Translations under genes and position numbers: made by a program
The notes under the pieces: model-generated
Told to the model about the DNA's origin: nothing
The model's database searches: none
The model's input: only the letters and a program-made list of their open reading frames with translations
Shown here: positions 47,620 through 59,441 of the stretch, in pieces
Layout of the letters: the number at the start of each line of letters is the position of its first letter
Position numbering within the stretch: position 1 is the stretch's first letter
Source: an uncultured delta proteobacterium
GTDB lineage: Bacteria; Myxococcota_A; Polyangia; Polyangiales; Polyangiaceae
Direction: 5' to 3'
Length of the DNA: 64,000 nucleotides
NCBI GenBank assembly: GCA_963782055.1
Contig: CAWAIF010000003.1
Span: forward strand, 6,336,001-6,400,000

Positions 47620-49596
47620 GTGAAGAAAGCCCTCGTCCCCTTCGCCCTGCTCGTCTCCCTGGCCGTCGCCTGCGGCGGCGCCACCCCCGCGCCCAAGGAG
47701 TCGGCCGTACAGCTCCCGCACGTCTCCGGCGGCGGCGTGGTGGAGGGCCCCGCGGCCCCGCCCGTCGGCGAGGCGGACGCGACGGTGCCCATCGTCACCG
47801 ACGACCCGACGTGGGGCAGCCGCACGGCGCCCGTCACCATCGTCGAGTTCACCGACTTCCAGTGCCCCTTCTGCGGCCGCGCGGTGGGGACGGTGGAGCA
47901 GCTCGAGCACGACTACGGGCCGGCGCAGCTCCGCGTCGTCTTCAAGAACTACCCGCTCTCCTTCCACCCCTACGCCCGCCCCACGGCCGACGCGGCGGCG
48001 ACGGTGCATGCCCTCGGCGGCGACGACGCCTTCTGGAGCTTCTACCACCAGGCGTTCTCCCACCAGCAGGCGCTCGACGAGCCCAGCCTGGAAGCGTACG
48101 CCCAGCGCGCCGGCGTCAGCCTGGCTGCGTTCCGCTCCGCGCTCCGCGCCAAGCAGTTCAGCAGCAAGGTGGACGCCGACCTGGACCTGGGCAAGCGGCT
48201 GGGCGTCGACGGCACGCCCGCCTTCTTCATCAACGGCACGCGCCTCGTCGGCGCGCAGCCCATCGAGGAGTTCCACAAGACCGTGGACGCCGAGCTCGCC
48301 AAGGCGAAGGCGGAGCTCGCGAAGGGCGTGGCGCCGGCGGCCCTGTACAAGACGGTCGTCGCCGAGAACTACAAGCCCGCCGCCGAGGAGGACGACGAGC
48401 CTCACGCGGACACCACCACGGTGTGGCGCGTCCCGGTGGACGCGAAGGCGCCGGTGCGCGGCGCGGCCACCGCGCTGGTGACCATCGTCGAGTTCGGCGA
48501 CTTCCAGTGCCCGTACTGCAAGCGCGCCGACGCGACGATCAAGGCGCTGCGCGCGGCCTACGGCAACGACCTGCGCGTCGTGTGGCGCAACGAGCCGCTG
48601 CCCTTCCACAAGCGCGCCGAGCCCGCCGCCGAGCTCGCGCTCGAGGCCCGCGCGGAGAAGGGCGACGCCGGCTTCTGGGCCGCGCACGACAAGCTCTTCG
48701 ACACCTCGCCCAAGCTGGAGGACGCCGACCTCGACGCCATCGCCACGGCGCTCAAGCTGAACCTGGCCAAGGTCCACGCCGCCATCGCCAAGCACAAGTA
48801 CCAGAAGGTGATCGACGACGACGTCGACATCGCCGACGACTTCCAGGCCAGCGGCACCCCGCACTTCTTCATCAACGGGCGACGGCTCGTGGGGGCGCAG
48901 CCCATCGAGAAGTTCAAGGCCATCATCGACGAGGAGCTGCCCAAGGCGCGCGCGCTCGTCGCCGCCGGCACCAAGCCCGAGGACGTGTACGCCGGGCTCA
49001 CCAAGGACGGCAAGACACCGCCGCCACCGGAGAAGAACGCGGTGGCCTTCACCGGCAAGGCGCCCACGCGCGGCGCCATCCACGCGCCGGTGAAGATCGT
49101 CGAGCTGGCCGATTTCCAGTGCCCCTTCTGCAAGCGCGCGGAGGACACGGTCAAGCAGGTGCTCAAGGGCTACCCCGGCAAGGTGAAGGTGGAGTGGCGC
49201 CAGATGCCGCTGCGCATGCACTCGCAGGCGCACCTCGCGGCCGAGGCCGCGGCGGAGGCCTTCGCGCAGAAGGGCAACACCGGCTTCTGGAAGCTGCACG
49301 ACCTGATGTACGAGCACCAGACCGATCCCGACGGCCTCTCGCGCGCCAGCATCGAGGGCTACGCGAGGACGGCGGGGCTGGACGTGAAGCGCCTTCACCT
49401 CGCGCTGGAGACGGGCAAGCACGTCGCGGCGATCGACGCCGAGGAGAAGCTGGCCACCGACGCGGGGATCACCGGCACGCCCACCTTCCTCATCAACGGC
49501 TACGTCCTCAGCGGCGCGCAGCCCTACGCCAAGTTCCGCAAGCTCATCGACCGCGCGCTGGCGGAGGCCAAGGCCGCCAAGGGCAAGCACCCTTGA
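47620..49596 (+). CDS. DsbA-family lipoprotein with three thioredoxin domains
   Basis: LAVAC lipobox; CPFC, CPYC, CPFC with GTP loops. Confidence 0.9.
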   Translation: MKKALVPFALLVSLAVACGGATPAPKESAVQLPHVSGGGVVEGPAAPPVGEADATVPIVTDDPTWGSRTAPVTIVEFTDFQCPFCGRAVGTVEQLEHDYGPAQLRVVFKNYPLSFHPYARPTADAAATVHALGGDDAFWSFYHQAFSHQQALDEPSLEAYAQRAGVSLAAFRSALRAKQFSSKVDADLDLGKRLGVDGTPAFFINGTRLVGAQPIEEFHKTVDAELAKAKAELAKGVAPAALYKTVVAENYKPAAEEDDEPHADTTTVWRVPVDAKAPVRGAATALVTIVEFGDFQCPYCKRADATIKALRAAYGNDLRVVWRNEPLPFHKRAEPAAELALEARAEKGDAGFWAAHDKLFDTSPKLEDADLDAIATALKLNLAKVHAAIAKHKYQKVIDDDVDIADDFQASGTPHFFINGRRLVGAQPIEKFKAIIDEELPKARALVAAGTKPEDVYAGLTKDGKTPPPPEKNAVAFTGKAPTRGAIHAPVKIVELADFQCPFCKRAEDTVKQVLKGYPGKVKVEWRQMPLRMHSQAHLAAEAAAEAFAQKGNTGFWKLHDLMYEHQTDPDGLSRASIEGYARTAGLDVKRLHLALETGKHVAAIDAEEKLATDAGITGTPTFLINGYVLSGAQPYAKFRKLIDRALAEAKAAKGKHP

Positions 49597-50147
49597 AGCG
49601 CGCCGCCGCCGTGACCGCCGCCGCCGTCGCGCTCGCGTGGGCGCTGCCGGCGGCCGCGTTCGAGCACCAGCACCACCTGGGCGCCGACGGCGGCCTGGCC
49701 ATCCTCGTCATCGACCAGAAGGGCACGCCCTCGATCGGCGGCGGGGGCGGCCTGCACTACGCCTACGGCCTGACCGACGCCTTCAACCTGATGGTGGAGG
49801 GAGCCTTCTGCCCGGTCGCGCTGGAGGAGCTGCCCGGCAAGGACGTGCCGCACAACCGCCCGACGATGGTGACCAACCTGGGCGCCGGCGTGAGCTACGT
49901 CTTCGACGTGACGCGCTGGGTGCCCTACGTCGGCGTGCTCGCGACGACGTACTGGATGACCGGCGGCACGGTGGACTCCCCCGGCCTCGCCGGCGGCGCG
50001 GCGCTCGCGCTCGGCCTCGACTACGAGTTCACCCGCCACTTCACGATGGGCCTCGCGGTGCGGCAGCACTTCATCTTCTCCGACTTCACCAACTACCCGT
50101 CGTACACGCAGGTGTTCGGGAGGCTGGAGTACACCTGGGGGTTCTGA
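49593..50147 (+). CDS. Small outer-membrane beta-barrel protein (OmpW/OMP_b-brl-like)
   Basis: TTGA overlap; signal peptide; amphipathic strands, VPYVG, C-terminal RLEYTWGF. Confidence 0.7.
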   Translation: MKRAAAVTAAAVALAWALPAAAFEHQHHLGADGGLAILVIDQKGTPSIGGGGGLHYAYGLTDAFNLMVEGAFCPVALEELPGKDVPHNRPTMVTNLGAGVSYVFDVTRWVPYVGVLATTYWMTGGTVDSPGLAGGAALALGLDYEFTRHFTMGLAVRQHFIFSDFTNYPSYTQVFGRLEYTWGF

Positions 50148-50151
50148 GAGG

Positions 50152-50952
50152 TCACCCCTCCATCCGCTTGGCGAGCTTCCCCGCCAGGCCCGCGAAGGCG
50201 CGCGGGACGGCGCGCTTGATGCGCCAGGCCCAGCGACCGTCGGCCATCGGGACGCAGTAGAGCTCGTCCGTCTCCACCGAGTGGAGCGCGGCGCGGGCGA
50301 CCATCTCCGCGCTCTTGCCGCGGTTGACCAGACGCTCGGCGCTCTTCTTGATGTCGTCGCTGGTGAACTGGCCGGACGCGGCGATGTTGGTGCGGAAGAA
50401 CGTGGGACACAGCACCGTCACGCCGATGCCCGTGCCCTTCAGCTCGCCGGCGAGGGTCTCCGAGAGGGAGACGACGCCCGCCTTGGCGACGTTGTAGGCG
50501 CCCATGCGCGGCGCGGACAGCAGCCCGGCCGCCGACGCCATGTTGAGCACGTTGCCCGAGCCCTGCCTGCGCAGGATGGGCACGAAGACGTGGCAGCCGT
50601 GGATGACGCCCCAGAGGTCGACGTCCAGCGTCCAGCGCCAGATGTCGAGCGACAGCTCGCCGATGAGGCCGCCGGAGGAGACGCCGGCGTTGTTGACGAC
50701 CAGGTCGACGCGGCCGTCGCACGCGGCGGCGAGGGCCTCCACGTCCTCCACGCGCGTGACGTCGCACGCCATCGCGCGCGCCTCCTTCGCGCCGGCCTCC
50801 CGGGCGAGGCGCGCCGACTCCTCGGTGGCCTCCAGGTTCTTGTCGGACAGGAGCAGGCGCCCGCCGCGGCGGGCGAGCTCGAGGGCGAGCGCGCGGCCGA
50901 AACCGCTGCCCGCGCCGGTGATGACGGCGAAGGGATTCTCGGGGAGCTTCAC
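50152..50952 (-). CDS. Short-chain dehydrogenase/reductase
   Basis: TGAGSGFG, NNAG, YNVAK. Confidence 0.92.
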   Translation of the reverse strand: MKLPENPFAVITGAGSGFGRALALELARRGGRLLLSDKNLEATEESARLAREAGAKEARAMACDVTRVEDVEALAAACDGRVDLVVNNAGVSSGGLIGELSLDIWRWTLDVDLWGVIHGCHVFVPILRRQGSGNVLNMASAAGLLSAPRMGAYNVAKAGVVSLSETLAGELKGTGIGVTVLCPTFFRTNIAASGQFTSDDIKKSAERLVNRGKSAEMVARAALHSVETDELYCVPMADGRWAWRIKRAVPRAFAGLAGKLAKRMEG

Positions 50953-50989
50953 GGCGCGTGAGGGTAAGCGCCGCGACGACCGAGCGCAA

Positions 50990-52237
50990 TCAGCCGGGCG
51001 GCGGCTGGCTGCCCGGGGCCTGGTCCAGGCCGAAGCCGTCGTGCAGCGCGCGCACCGCGAGCTCGGTGTACCTGGCGGGCACCAGCACCGAGACCTTGAT
51101 CTCGCTGGTGCTGATCGCCTGGATGGGGACGTTCTCCGCCGCGAGCAGCCGGAACATCTTGGAGGCGATGCCGGCGTGCGATCGCATGCCCAGCCCGACG
51201 ATGCTCACCTTGACGATCTCGGGGTCGTAGCGCACCTCGCGCGCGCCCAGCCTCTTCGCGATGGCCTCCAGCTCCGGCTTGGCGCGCGCCAGGTCCGTCT
51301 TGGGCAAGGTGAAGGTGACGTCGGCGCGGCCCTCCGACTCCGTCGCCGCGTTCTGCACGATCATGTCGACGGAGACGTTCTTCTCGGCGAGGTGGCCGAA
51401 GAGCTCGGCCATGGCGCCCAGCTTGTCCTCGAAGCCGACGATGGAGACGCGCGCCTCGCCCTTGTCGTAGGCGACGCCGGCGACGACCACGTCCTCCAGC
51501 GCCTTGTCCTCGCGCGTGACCCACGTGCCCTCCTTGTCCGAGAAGGAGGTCCTCACGTGCACCGGAACGCCGTACTTCATCGCGATCTCCACGCTGCGGA
51601 TCTGCAGCACCTTGGCCCCGAGGGAGGCGAGCTCCAGCATCTCCTCGTAGGAGATGCGCGCGATCTTGCGCGCCGACGGGCAGACGTTGGGGTCGGTCGT
51701 GTAGACGCCGTCGACGTCGGTGTAGATCTCGCACGCGTCGGCCCCGATCGCCGCAGCCACCGCCACCGCCGTGGTGTCCGAGCCGCCGCGGCCGAGGGTG
51801 GTGATGTTGCCGTGCTCGTCCACGCCCTGGAAACCGGCGACCACCGCGATCTGCCCCTGCTCCAGCGTGGAGAAGATCTTGGAGCCCTCGATGGCCTTGA
51901 TGCGCGCCTTGGTGAAGGCCCCGTCGGTGAGGATCTTCACCTGGTGGCCGACCAGCGACCGCGCCTTGCCGCCCTCCGCCTGGATGGCCAGGGAGGTGAG
52001 CGCGGCGGAGACCTGCTCGCCGGTCGCTGCGAGGGCGTCCATCTCGCGGGCGTCGGGGACCTCCGTCACCTGGTGGGCGAGGCCGAGCAGGCGGTTCGTC
52101 TCCCCGCTCATGGCGCTGACGATGAGCACGACGTCGTTGCCCGCGCGCTGCGCGGCGAGGCACCGCCTCGCCACGTTGCGGATGCGGTCGATCGAGCCCA
52201 CCGACGTGCCGCCGAACTTCTGGACGACGAGTGCCAC
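50990..52237 (-). CDS. lysC: Aspartate kinase
   Basis: VQKFGGTSV, TTLGRGGSDTTA, YTDVDGVYTTDP, ACT domains, STSEIKVS. Confidence 0.95.
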   Translation of the reverse strand: MALVVQKFGGTSVGSIDRIRNVARRCLAAQRAGNDVVLIVSAMSGETNRLLGLAHQVTEVPDAREMDALAATGEQVSAALTSLAIQAEGGKARSLVGHQVKILTDGAFTKARIKAIEGSKIFSTLEQGQIAVVAGFQGVDEHGNITTLGRGGSDTTAVAVAAAIGADACEIYTDVDGVYTTDPNVCPSARKIARISYEEMLELASLGAKVLQIRSVEIAMKYGVPVHVRTSFSDKEGTWVTREDKALEDVVVAGVAYDKGEARVSIVGFEDKLGAMAELFGHLAEKNVSVDMIVQNAATESEGRADVTFTLPKTDLARAKPELEAIAKRLGAREVRYDPEIVKVSIVGLGMRSHAGIASKMFRLLAAENVPIQAISTSEIKVSVLVPARYTELAVRALHDGFGLDQAPGSQPPPG

Positions 52238-52354
52238 GGCGCCGAACGACTACGGGCAAACCCGCGCGCCGTCAACCGCCCGCCGCGCGATCGCCCGCGG
52301 TGAAATTTCGGGGCAGCGCACGGCGAACCGTCTCCGATGCTACGCTCGAGGACC

Positions 52355-54136
<1,782 letters not shown>

Positions 54137-54204
54137 CCCCGCCAGAGCCGTGGGGCGGGCTGCGGGGGCCATTTGGGCATTGACCGGGGACGTGAGGGCG
54201 CGGG

Positions 54205-54585
54205 ATGGTGCGCGCGGTGGGGCCGTACGCGAGCTACCTGGTCGAGACCTTCGTCACGCTCGTCGTGGTGTGCGGGCTCGCCTTCGTGGTGCTCTTCGGC
54301 GCGCGGCGCCTCGGCGTGGGGCGCGCCTCCGGCTCCATCAAGCTGGTCGGCCAGCTCCCGCTGGACGCGCGGCGCGCCATCTACCTGGTGAAGGTGGGAC
54401 GCGCGGTGCTCGTGGTCGGTGCCTCGGAGTCCGGGCTCACCAAGCTGGGCGAGCTGGCGGAGGAGGACGTGCCGGCGACGCCCGAGCCGGCCACCGGCGG
54501 CTTCGCCGGGGTGCTGGCCCGCGCGATGGGCCGCAAGGCCGCCGGGGCGGAGGCGCCGGACGCGCCGGGGCCCGCCGATGACTGA
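54205..54585 (+). CDS. fliO: FliO-like export chaperone
   Basis: Single TM, IKLVGQLPLDARRAIYLVKVG..VLVVGASESGLTKLGEL, F..VL tail. Confidence 0.75.
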   Translation: MVRAVGPYASYLVETFVTLVVVCGLAFVVLFGARRLGVGRASGSIKLVGQLPLDARRAIYLVKVGRAVLVVGASESGLTKLGELAEEDVPATPEPATGGFAGVLARAMGRKAAGAEAPDAPGPADD

Positions 54586-55336
54586 TCGCCGCGCTCGCCA
54601 GGCGGTGGCGCTCGGCGCGGGCGCGGCCGCGTTGTTGCTCCCGGCCGCCGCGCTCGCCGCGCCGCCGGGCAGCGAGGGGGACCTGCTCGGCCGCCCCATC
54701 GTGCTGGTCGTGGCGCTGGCGCTGGTGTCGCTGTTGCCGTTCGTCTTCATGAGCGTCACCGCCTTCGTGAAGATCTCCACGGTGCTGCAGATCGTCCGCA
54801 GCGCCATCGGCGCGCAGAACGTCCCGTCCAACACGGTGGTGATGGCGCTCGCCGCGTCGCTCACCCTGCTGGCGATGGCGCCGGTGGGCGACAAGATCTG
54901 GGCGCGCGCCGCCCCCATGTTCGAGGGCAGCGGGACGCCGGACACGATGACGCTGGTGCGCGGGGGCATCGACGCCTTCGAGGAGCCGATGCGCGACTTC
55001 CTCTCGCAGAACACCAGCGCGAAGGAGAAGGAGCGCTTCCTCGCGGTCGCGAAGGAGTCGCGCCCGGCGGCGGACCGCGGCAAGGTGAAGGCGGACGACT
55101 TCTCGGTGCTGGTCCCCGCCTTCGTCACGACCGAGCTGACGGAGGCCTTCGCGATAGGCTTCTTGATCTACCTGCCGTTCCTCGTCATCGACATGGTGGT
55201 CGCCAACGTGCTGCTGGCGCTGGGCATGCAGATGCTCAGTCCCACGCAGGTCAGCCTGCCCTTCAAGCTGCTGCTCTTCGTGGCGATCGACGGGTGGGGG
55301 CTGCTCGCCCGCGCGCTGGTTGCAGGATACAGCTAG
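54578..55336 (+). CDS. sctR: Type III export gate subunit SctR/FliP
   Basis: TAFVKISTVLQIVRSAIGAQNVPSN, PAFVTTELTEAF.IGFLIYLPFLVID, LPFKLLLFVAIDGW. Confidence 0.9.
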   Translation: MTDRRARQAVALGAGAAALLLPAAALAAPPGSEGDLLGRPIVLVVALALVSLLPFVFMSVTAFVKISTVLQIVRSAIGAQNVPSNTVVMALAASLTLLAMAPVGDKIWARAAPMFEGSGTPDTMTLVRGGIDAFEEPMRDFLSQNTSAKEKERFLAVAKESRPAADRGKVKADDFSVLVPAFVTTELTEAFAIGFLIYLPFLVIDMVVANVLLALGMQMLSPTQVSLPFKLLLFVAIDGWGLLARALVAGYS

Positions 55337-56670
55337 TTCGCGCGGCTCCCTCCGGCGCGGAGAGTGACGCGCGCGCGCACGCCGTTCTTCGGGCGAAGCG
55401 TCACCGCGGGCTGCAGCTCCACCGGCCCCGGCGCCTCCACGTGGAAGCGCTGCACGATGCACGCGAGCAGGAGCACCGCCTCCAGCATGGCGAAGTGCAT
55501 GCCGATGCACGCGCGCGGCCCGCCGCCGAAGGGGAAGTACGCGTAGCGCGGGATGGACCCGCGGCGACCAGGCGACCAGCGGTCCGGATCGAAGCGCTGC
55601 GGCTCCGGGAAGAAGCGGGGGTCCTGGTGGGTGACCCACTGGGTGAGGAAGATCTGCGTGCCCTTCCGGATGACGTGCCCGTCCAGGTCGATGTCGGCGA
55701 GCGCCTCGCGGCCGATGCCCCAGGCCGGCGGGCGCAGGCGCATCCCCTCCTCGATCACCTGCCGTGTGTAGACCAGGCGCGACTCGTCGGCGGCCCCGGG
55801 CGCGCGGCCGCCGAGCACTCGTGCGATCTCTTCCACCAGCGTGCGCTCCGCGTCCGGGTTCTCCGAGAGCAGGTGCAGCGTCCAGGTCAGCGCGAGGGAG
55901 GTCGTCTCGTGACCGGCGAGCAGGAGCGTGACCAGCTCGTCGCGGATCTGCGGGTCGTCGATGGCGCCCTCGTCGTCGCGCGCGTCGAGGAGCCAGGAGA
56001 GCAGGTCGTCGCCGCGCGGCGCCGCCTTGCGGCGTGCCAGCATGCCGTAGACGATGTCGTCGATGCGCCGCGCGGCGCGCTGCGCGCTGCGGTTGCGCGG
56101 GAGCGGCCAGGCGACAGGCAGCGGGAGCCAGCTGGTCATCATCTCCTCGAAGCGGTCCATGAAGGCGTCGATGGACGACGACATGGCCGCGGCGTCCGCC
56201 TCCATCTCCGCGCCGAAGAGGGCGCGGCCGACGATCTCCAGCGTGACGCGCGACATCTCCGCCGGCAGGTCGATCCCCGCGCCGTCCTTCCAGCGGTCGA
56301 GCATCGCCTCCACGCGCTCCACCATCGTCTGCGCGTAGACGCGGATGCGCTCGTTGTGGAAGGCGGGCTGGATGAGGCGGCGCTCTCGCTTCCAGAGCTC
56401 GTCCTCGCTGGTGAGCAGGCCCTTCCCCATCACCAGCTCCAGCTCCTTGAAGTCCCACGACTTGTGCAGCCGTGGCGTCTCGCGCGTGAGGATGCGCTGG
56501 ATCCACTCCGGCCGGTTGACCTGCACGCACCGGAAGGGCCCGATGCGGAAGAAGGCGACGTCGCCGTGGTCGCGCGCGAGGCGCGTGCAGAAGCCGAGCG
56601 GGTCGCGGCGGAAGGCGGGGAGGCTCCCGAGCAGCGGGACGCCGCGGGGTCCGGGGAGCGCGGTGCTCAT
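55333..56670 (-). CDS. Cytochrome P450
   Basis: AGHETT, EGMR (ExxR), PDRW, FGGGPRACIG. Confidence 0.95.
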   Translation of the reverse strand: MSTALPGPRGVPLLGSLPAFRRDPLGFCTRLARDHGDVAFFRIGPFRCVQVNRPEWIQRILTRETPRLHKSWDFKELELVMGKGLLTSEDELWKRERRLIQPAFHNERIRVYAQTMVERVEAMLDRWKDGAGIDLPAEMSRVTLEIVGRALFGAEMEADAAAMSSSIDAFMDRFEEMMTSWLPLPVAWPLPRNRSAQRAARRIDDIVYGMLARRKAAPRGDDLLSWLLDARDDEGAIDDPQIRDELVTLLLAGHETTSLALTWTLHLLSENPDAERTLVEEIARVLGGRAPGAADESRLVYTRQVIEEGMRLRPPAWGIGREALADIDLDGHVIRKGTQIFLTQWVTHQDPRFFPEPQRFDPDRWSPGRRGSIPRYAYFPFGGGPRACIGMHFAMLEAVLLLACIVQRFHVEAPGPVELQPAVTLRPKNGVRARVTLRAGGSRAN

Positions 56671-57290
56671 GGCTCGCGCTCCTTTCTGGGCGCGGCCCCG
56701 TCGAGGAACTGGCGGAGCACCAGGTCCGGGATGGCCTCGAGGGACGGCCGGGTGCCGCCCGACGCGAAGTGCTGCACGAGCGCCAGATCGTCCAGGCCGA
56801 CGAACCAGAGCGCGAGCTCGGCCAGCGGGAGATCGCCGCGCACGTGGCCTCGCGCCATGCCATCACGCAGGATGGCCTCGATGCGCTCGAGGAAGGGCGC
56901 GGCCGACTCCAGCAGCGGCGCGGTGAGGGCCGGATCGCCGCTGAGCGCGACGCGCACGAAGACGCGAGCGAACGCCGGGTGCCGCTCCACCCAGCGCATG
57001 TCGCTCACCAGCAGGGCGTGGAGGCGCTCGCGCACGTGGGCCGCGGGATCGTCGTCCGACTCCTCCACCGCGCGAGCGCACGCCTCGCGCACGACGGCGA
57101 AGAAGAGCGCCTCCTTGGAGGGGAAGTAGTTGTAGACGGTGCCCTTGGCGAAGCCGGCGGCGGTGGAGATGCGGTTGATGTTGGCGCTGGCGAGCCCCTC
57201 GCGCGCGAACTCGTCGGCGGCGGAGAGCAGGAGCTTCTCGCGGGTGAGCTCGCGAAGCTCGTCGCGGGCGCGGGGGGAGGTGGATGTCAT
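56667..57290 (-). CDS. TetR-family regulator, translationally coupled to the P450
   Basis: AAGFAKGTVYNYFPSKEALF; ATGA overlap. Confidence 0.9.
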   Translation of the reverse strand: MTSTSPRARDELRELTREKLLLSAADEFAREGLASANINRISTAAGFAKGTVYNYFPSKEALFFAVVREACARAVEESDDDPAAHVRERLHALLVSDMRWVERHPAFARVFVRVALSGDPALTAPLLESAAPFLERIEAILRDGMARGHVRGDLPLAELALWFVGLDDLALVQHFASGGTRPSLEAIPDLVLRQFLDGAAPRKEREP

Positions 57291-57327
57291 GGGTGACCGG
57301 CCACCCATATATTGGGCCATAGCCCAA
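57290..57327. promoter_or_regulatory. Two adjacent palindromes, probable TetR operators
   Basis: TGGGTG-N6-CACCCA (57290-57307) and TTGGGC-N4-GCCCAA (57312-57327). Confidence 0.55.
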
Positions 57328-57431
57328 ATCTGGCAACCCCCCATTCTTCGGGTCCGCCCGCGCGCGCCTGTCGCGCCCACCCGCGCCGGCTCGACGGCGC
57401 CGCGGCACGACGCTCGTGATATGCCGAGACC

Positions 57432-57761
57432 ATGTCGCAGCCGCTACCGCCTGGCTTCCCGCAGCAGCCTCCGCCCGCCGTGAGCGCGCTCGACGGCCTG
57501 GTGCCGACCAACCCGCTCGCCGCGCTCTCGTGCTGGTCGGGGATCTTCTCGCTGCTCTTCTGCTTCTTCGGTCCGCTGCTCGGGCCGCTGGCGTTGATCA
57601 CCGGGATCATCTCCCTGAAGAAGGGCGCGATGATCCAGCAGAGCGGCTACGGCAAGGCGACGTCCACCGCGCGGAGCTGGATCGGCATCGTGACCGGCGC
57701 GCTGGGCACGGTGGTGGGCATCGTCGTCCTGGTGATGGCCATCCTCGACCACCACCGCTGA
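57432..57761 (+). CDS. DUF4190-like membrane protein
   Basis: PTNPLA, GPLALITGIISL, ARSWIGIVTG. Confidence 0.7.
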   Translation: MSQPLPPGFPQQPPPAVSALDGLVPTNPLAALSCWSGIFSLLFCFFGPLLGPLALITGIISLKKGAMIQQSGYGKATSTARSWIGIVTGALGTVVGIVVLVMAILDHHR

Positions 57762-57797
57762 GGCGCGCCGGACACCTCGGCGGCGGCGGCCTCACCG

Positions 57798-58730
<933 letters not shown>

Positions 58731-58901
58731 GACCGACTCCGCCGCGCGGATGGCAGCCACCCCGCCCGCAAGAACTTCGGGGCGGGTGCACGACATGCGC
58801 GCTCCGACCCGAGCGGAACCACGAGGATGGGCTGCTGGCTCGGCATCGGAGACGCATGACGCACGAGACGTACCAGGCGGCGCGAGCGCCGCGGGCGCGG
58901 C

Positions 58902-59285
58902 TCAGTGAAGCGGCGCGGCGGGCTGCGGCTCCTCGGCGGGCGGGGGAGCCTCGTGGGCGGCCCGCCTCTTCTCCCCACGCTCCTCGATCGTCTTCATGAT
59001 CTGCTCGCGGATCTTCTTGCCCTGCGTCGGGGCCAGAACGAAGACGATCGCCCCTCCGGCGGCTGCGCCGGCGGCAAACCAGAGGAGCGGGCGGAGCGCG
59101 CTCTCGCGGCGCTGCAGGCCCACGCGTCTCAGCAGGGAGTCTCCCCCACGCACCTCGGCGACGCGCAGGTCGTTGATGAGGCGAAGCGCCTGCGCGCCCA
59201 GGTCGACGATCGAGGCCCGGGTGCGAGTGGCTGCGTGTGTCACGTGGGTGGCTGCCTTCTCGGCGGTGTCGGTGACGGAGCTCAT
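58902..59285 (-). CDS. YtxH-like protein
   Basis: AGGAGG RBS; FAAGAAAGGAIVFVLAPTQGKKIRE. Confidence 0.7.
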   Translation of the reverse strand: MSSVTDTAEKAATHVTHAATRTRASIVDLGAQALRLINDLRVAEVRGGDSLLRRVGLQRRESALRPLLWFAAGAAAGGAIVFVLAPTQGKKIREQIMKTIEERGEKRRAAHEAPPPAEEPQPAAPLH

Positions 59286-59441
59286 GGTGTGCCTCCTTTC
59301 GAGTTGCCGACCTTCGTGCATCAAGCGAGCCACTGGGCCCGCGGCGGGCCGCCCCCACCATCTCTTCGGCTCGAGCACCTCCCCTGTAAGGCCCGGCCAC
59401 CTCCGCCGTTCCTCCTCGCGAAAGGGAACGGGAAAGGGACC

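Noticed and set aside
46701..50147. 1148-aa ORF
   Set aside because: Only the last 184 aa (from TTG 49593) look like a real protein; the rest is an off-frame read of the dsbA genes.
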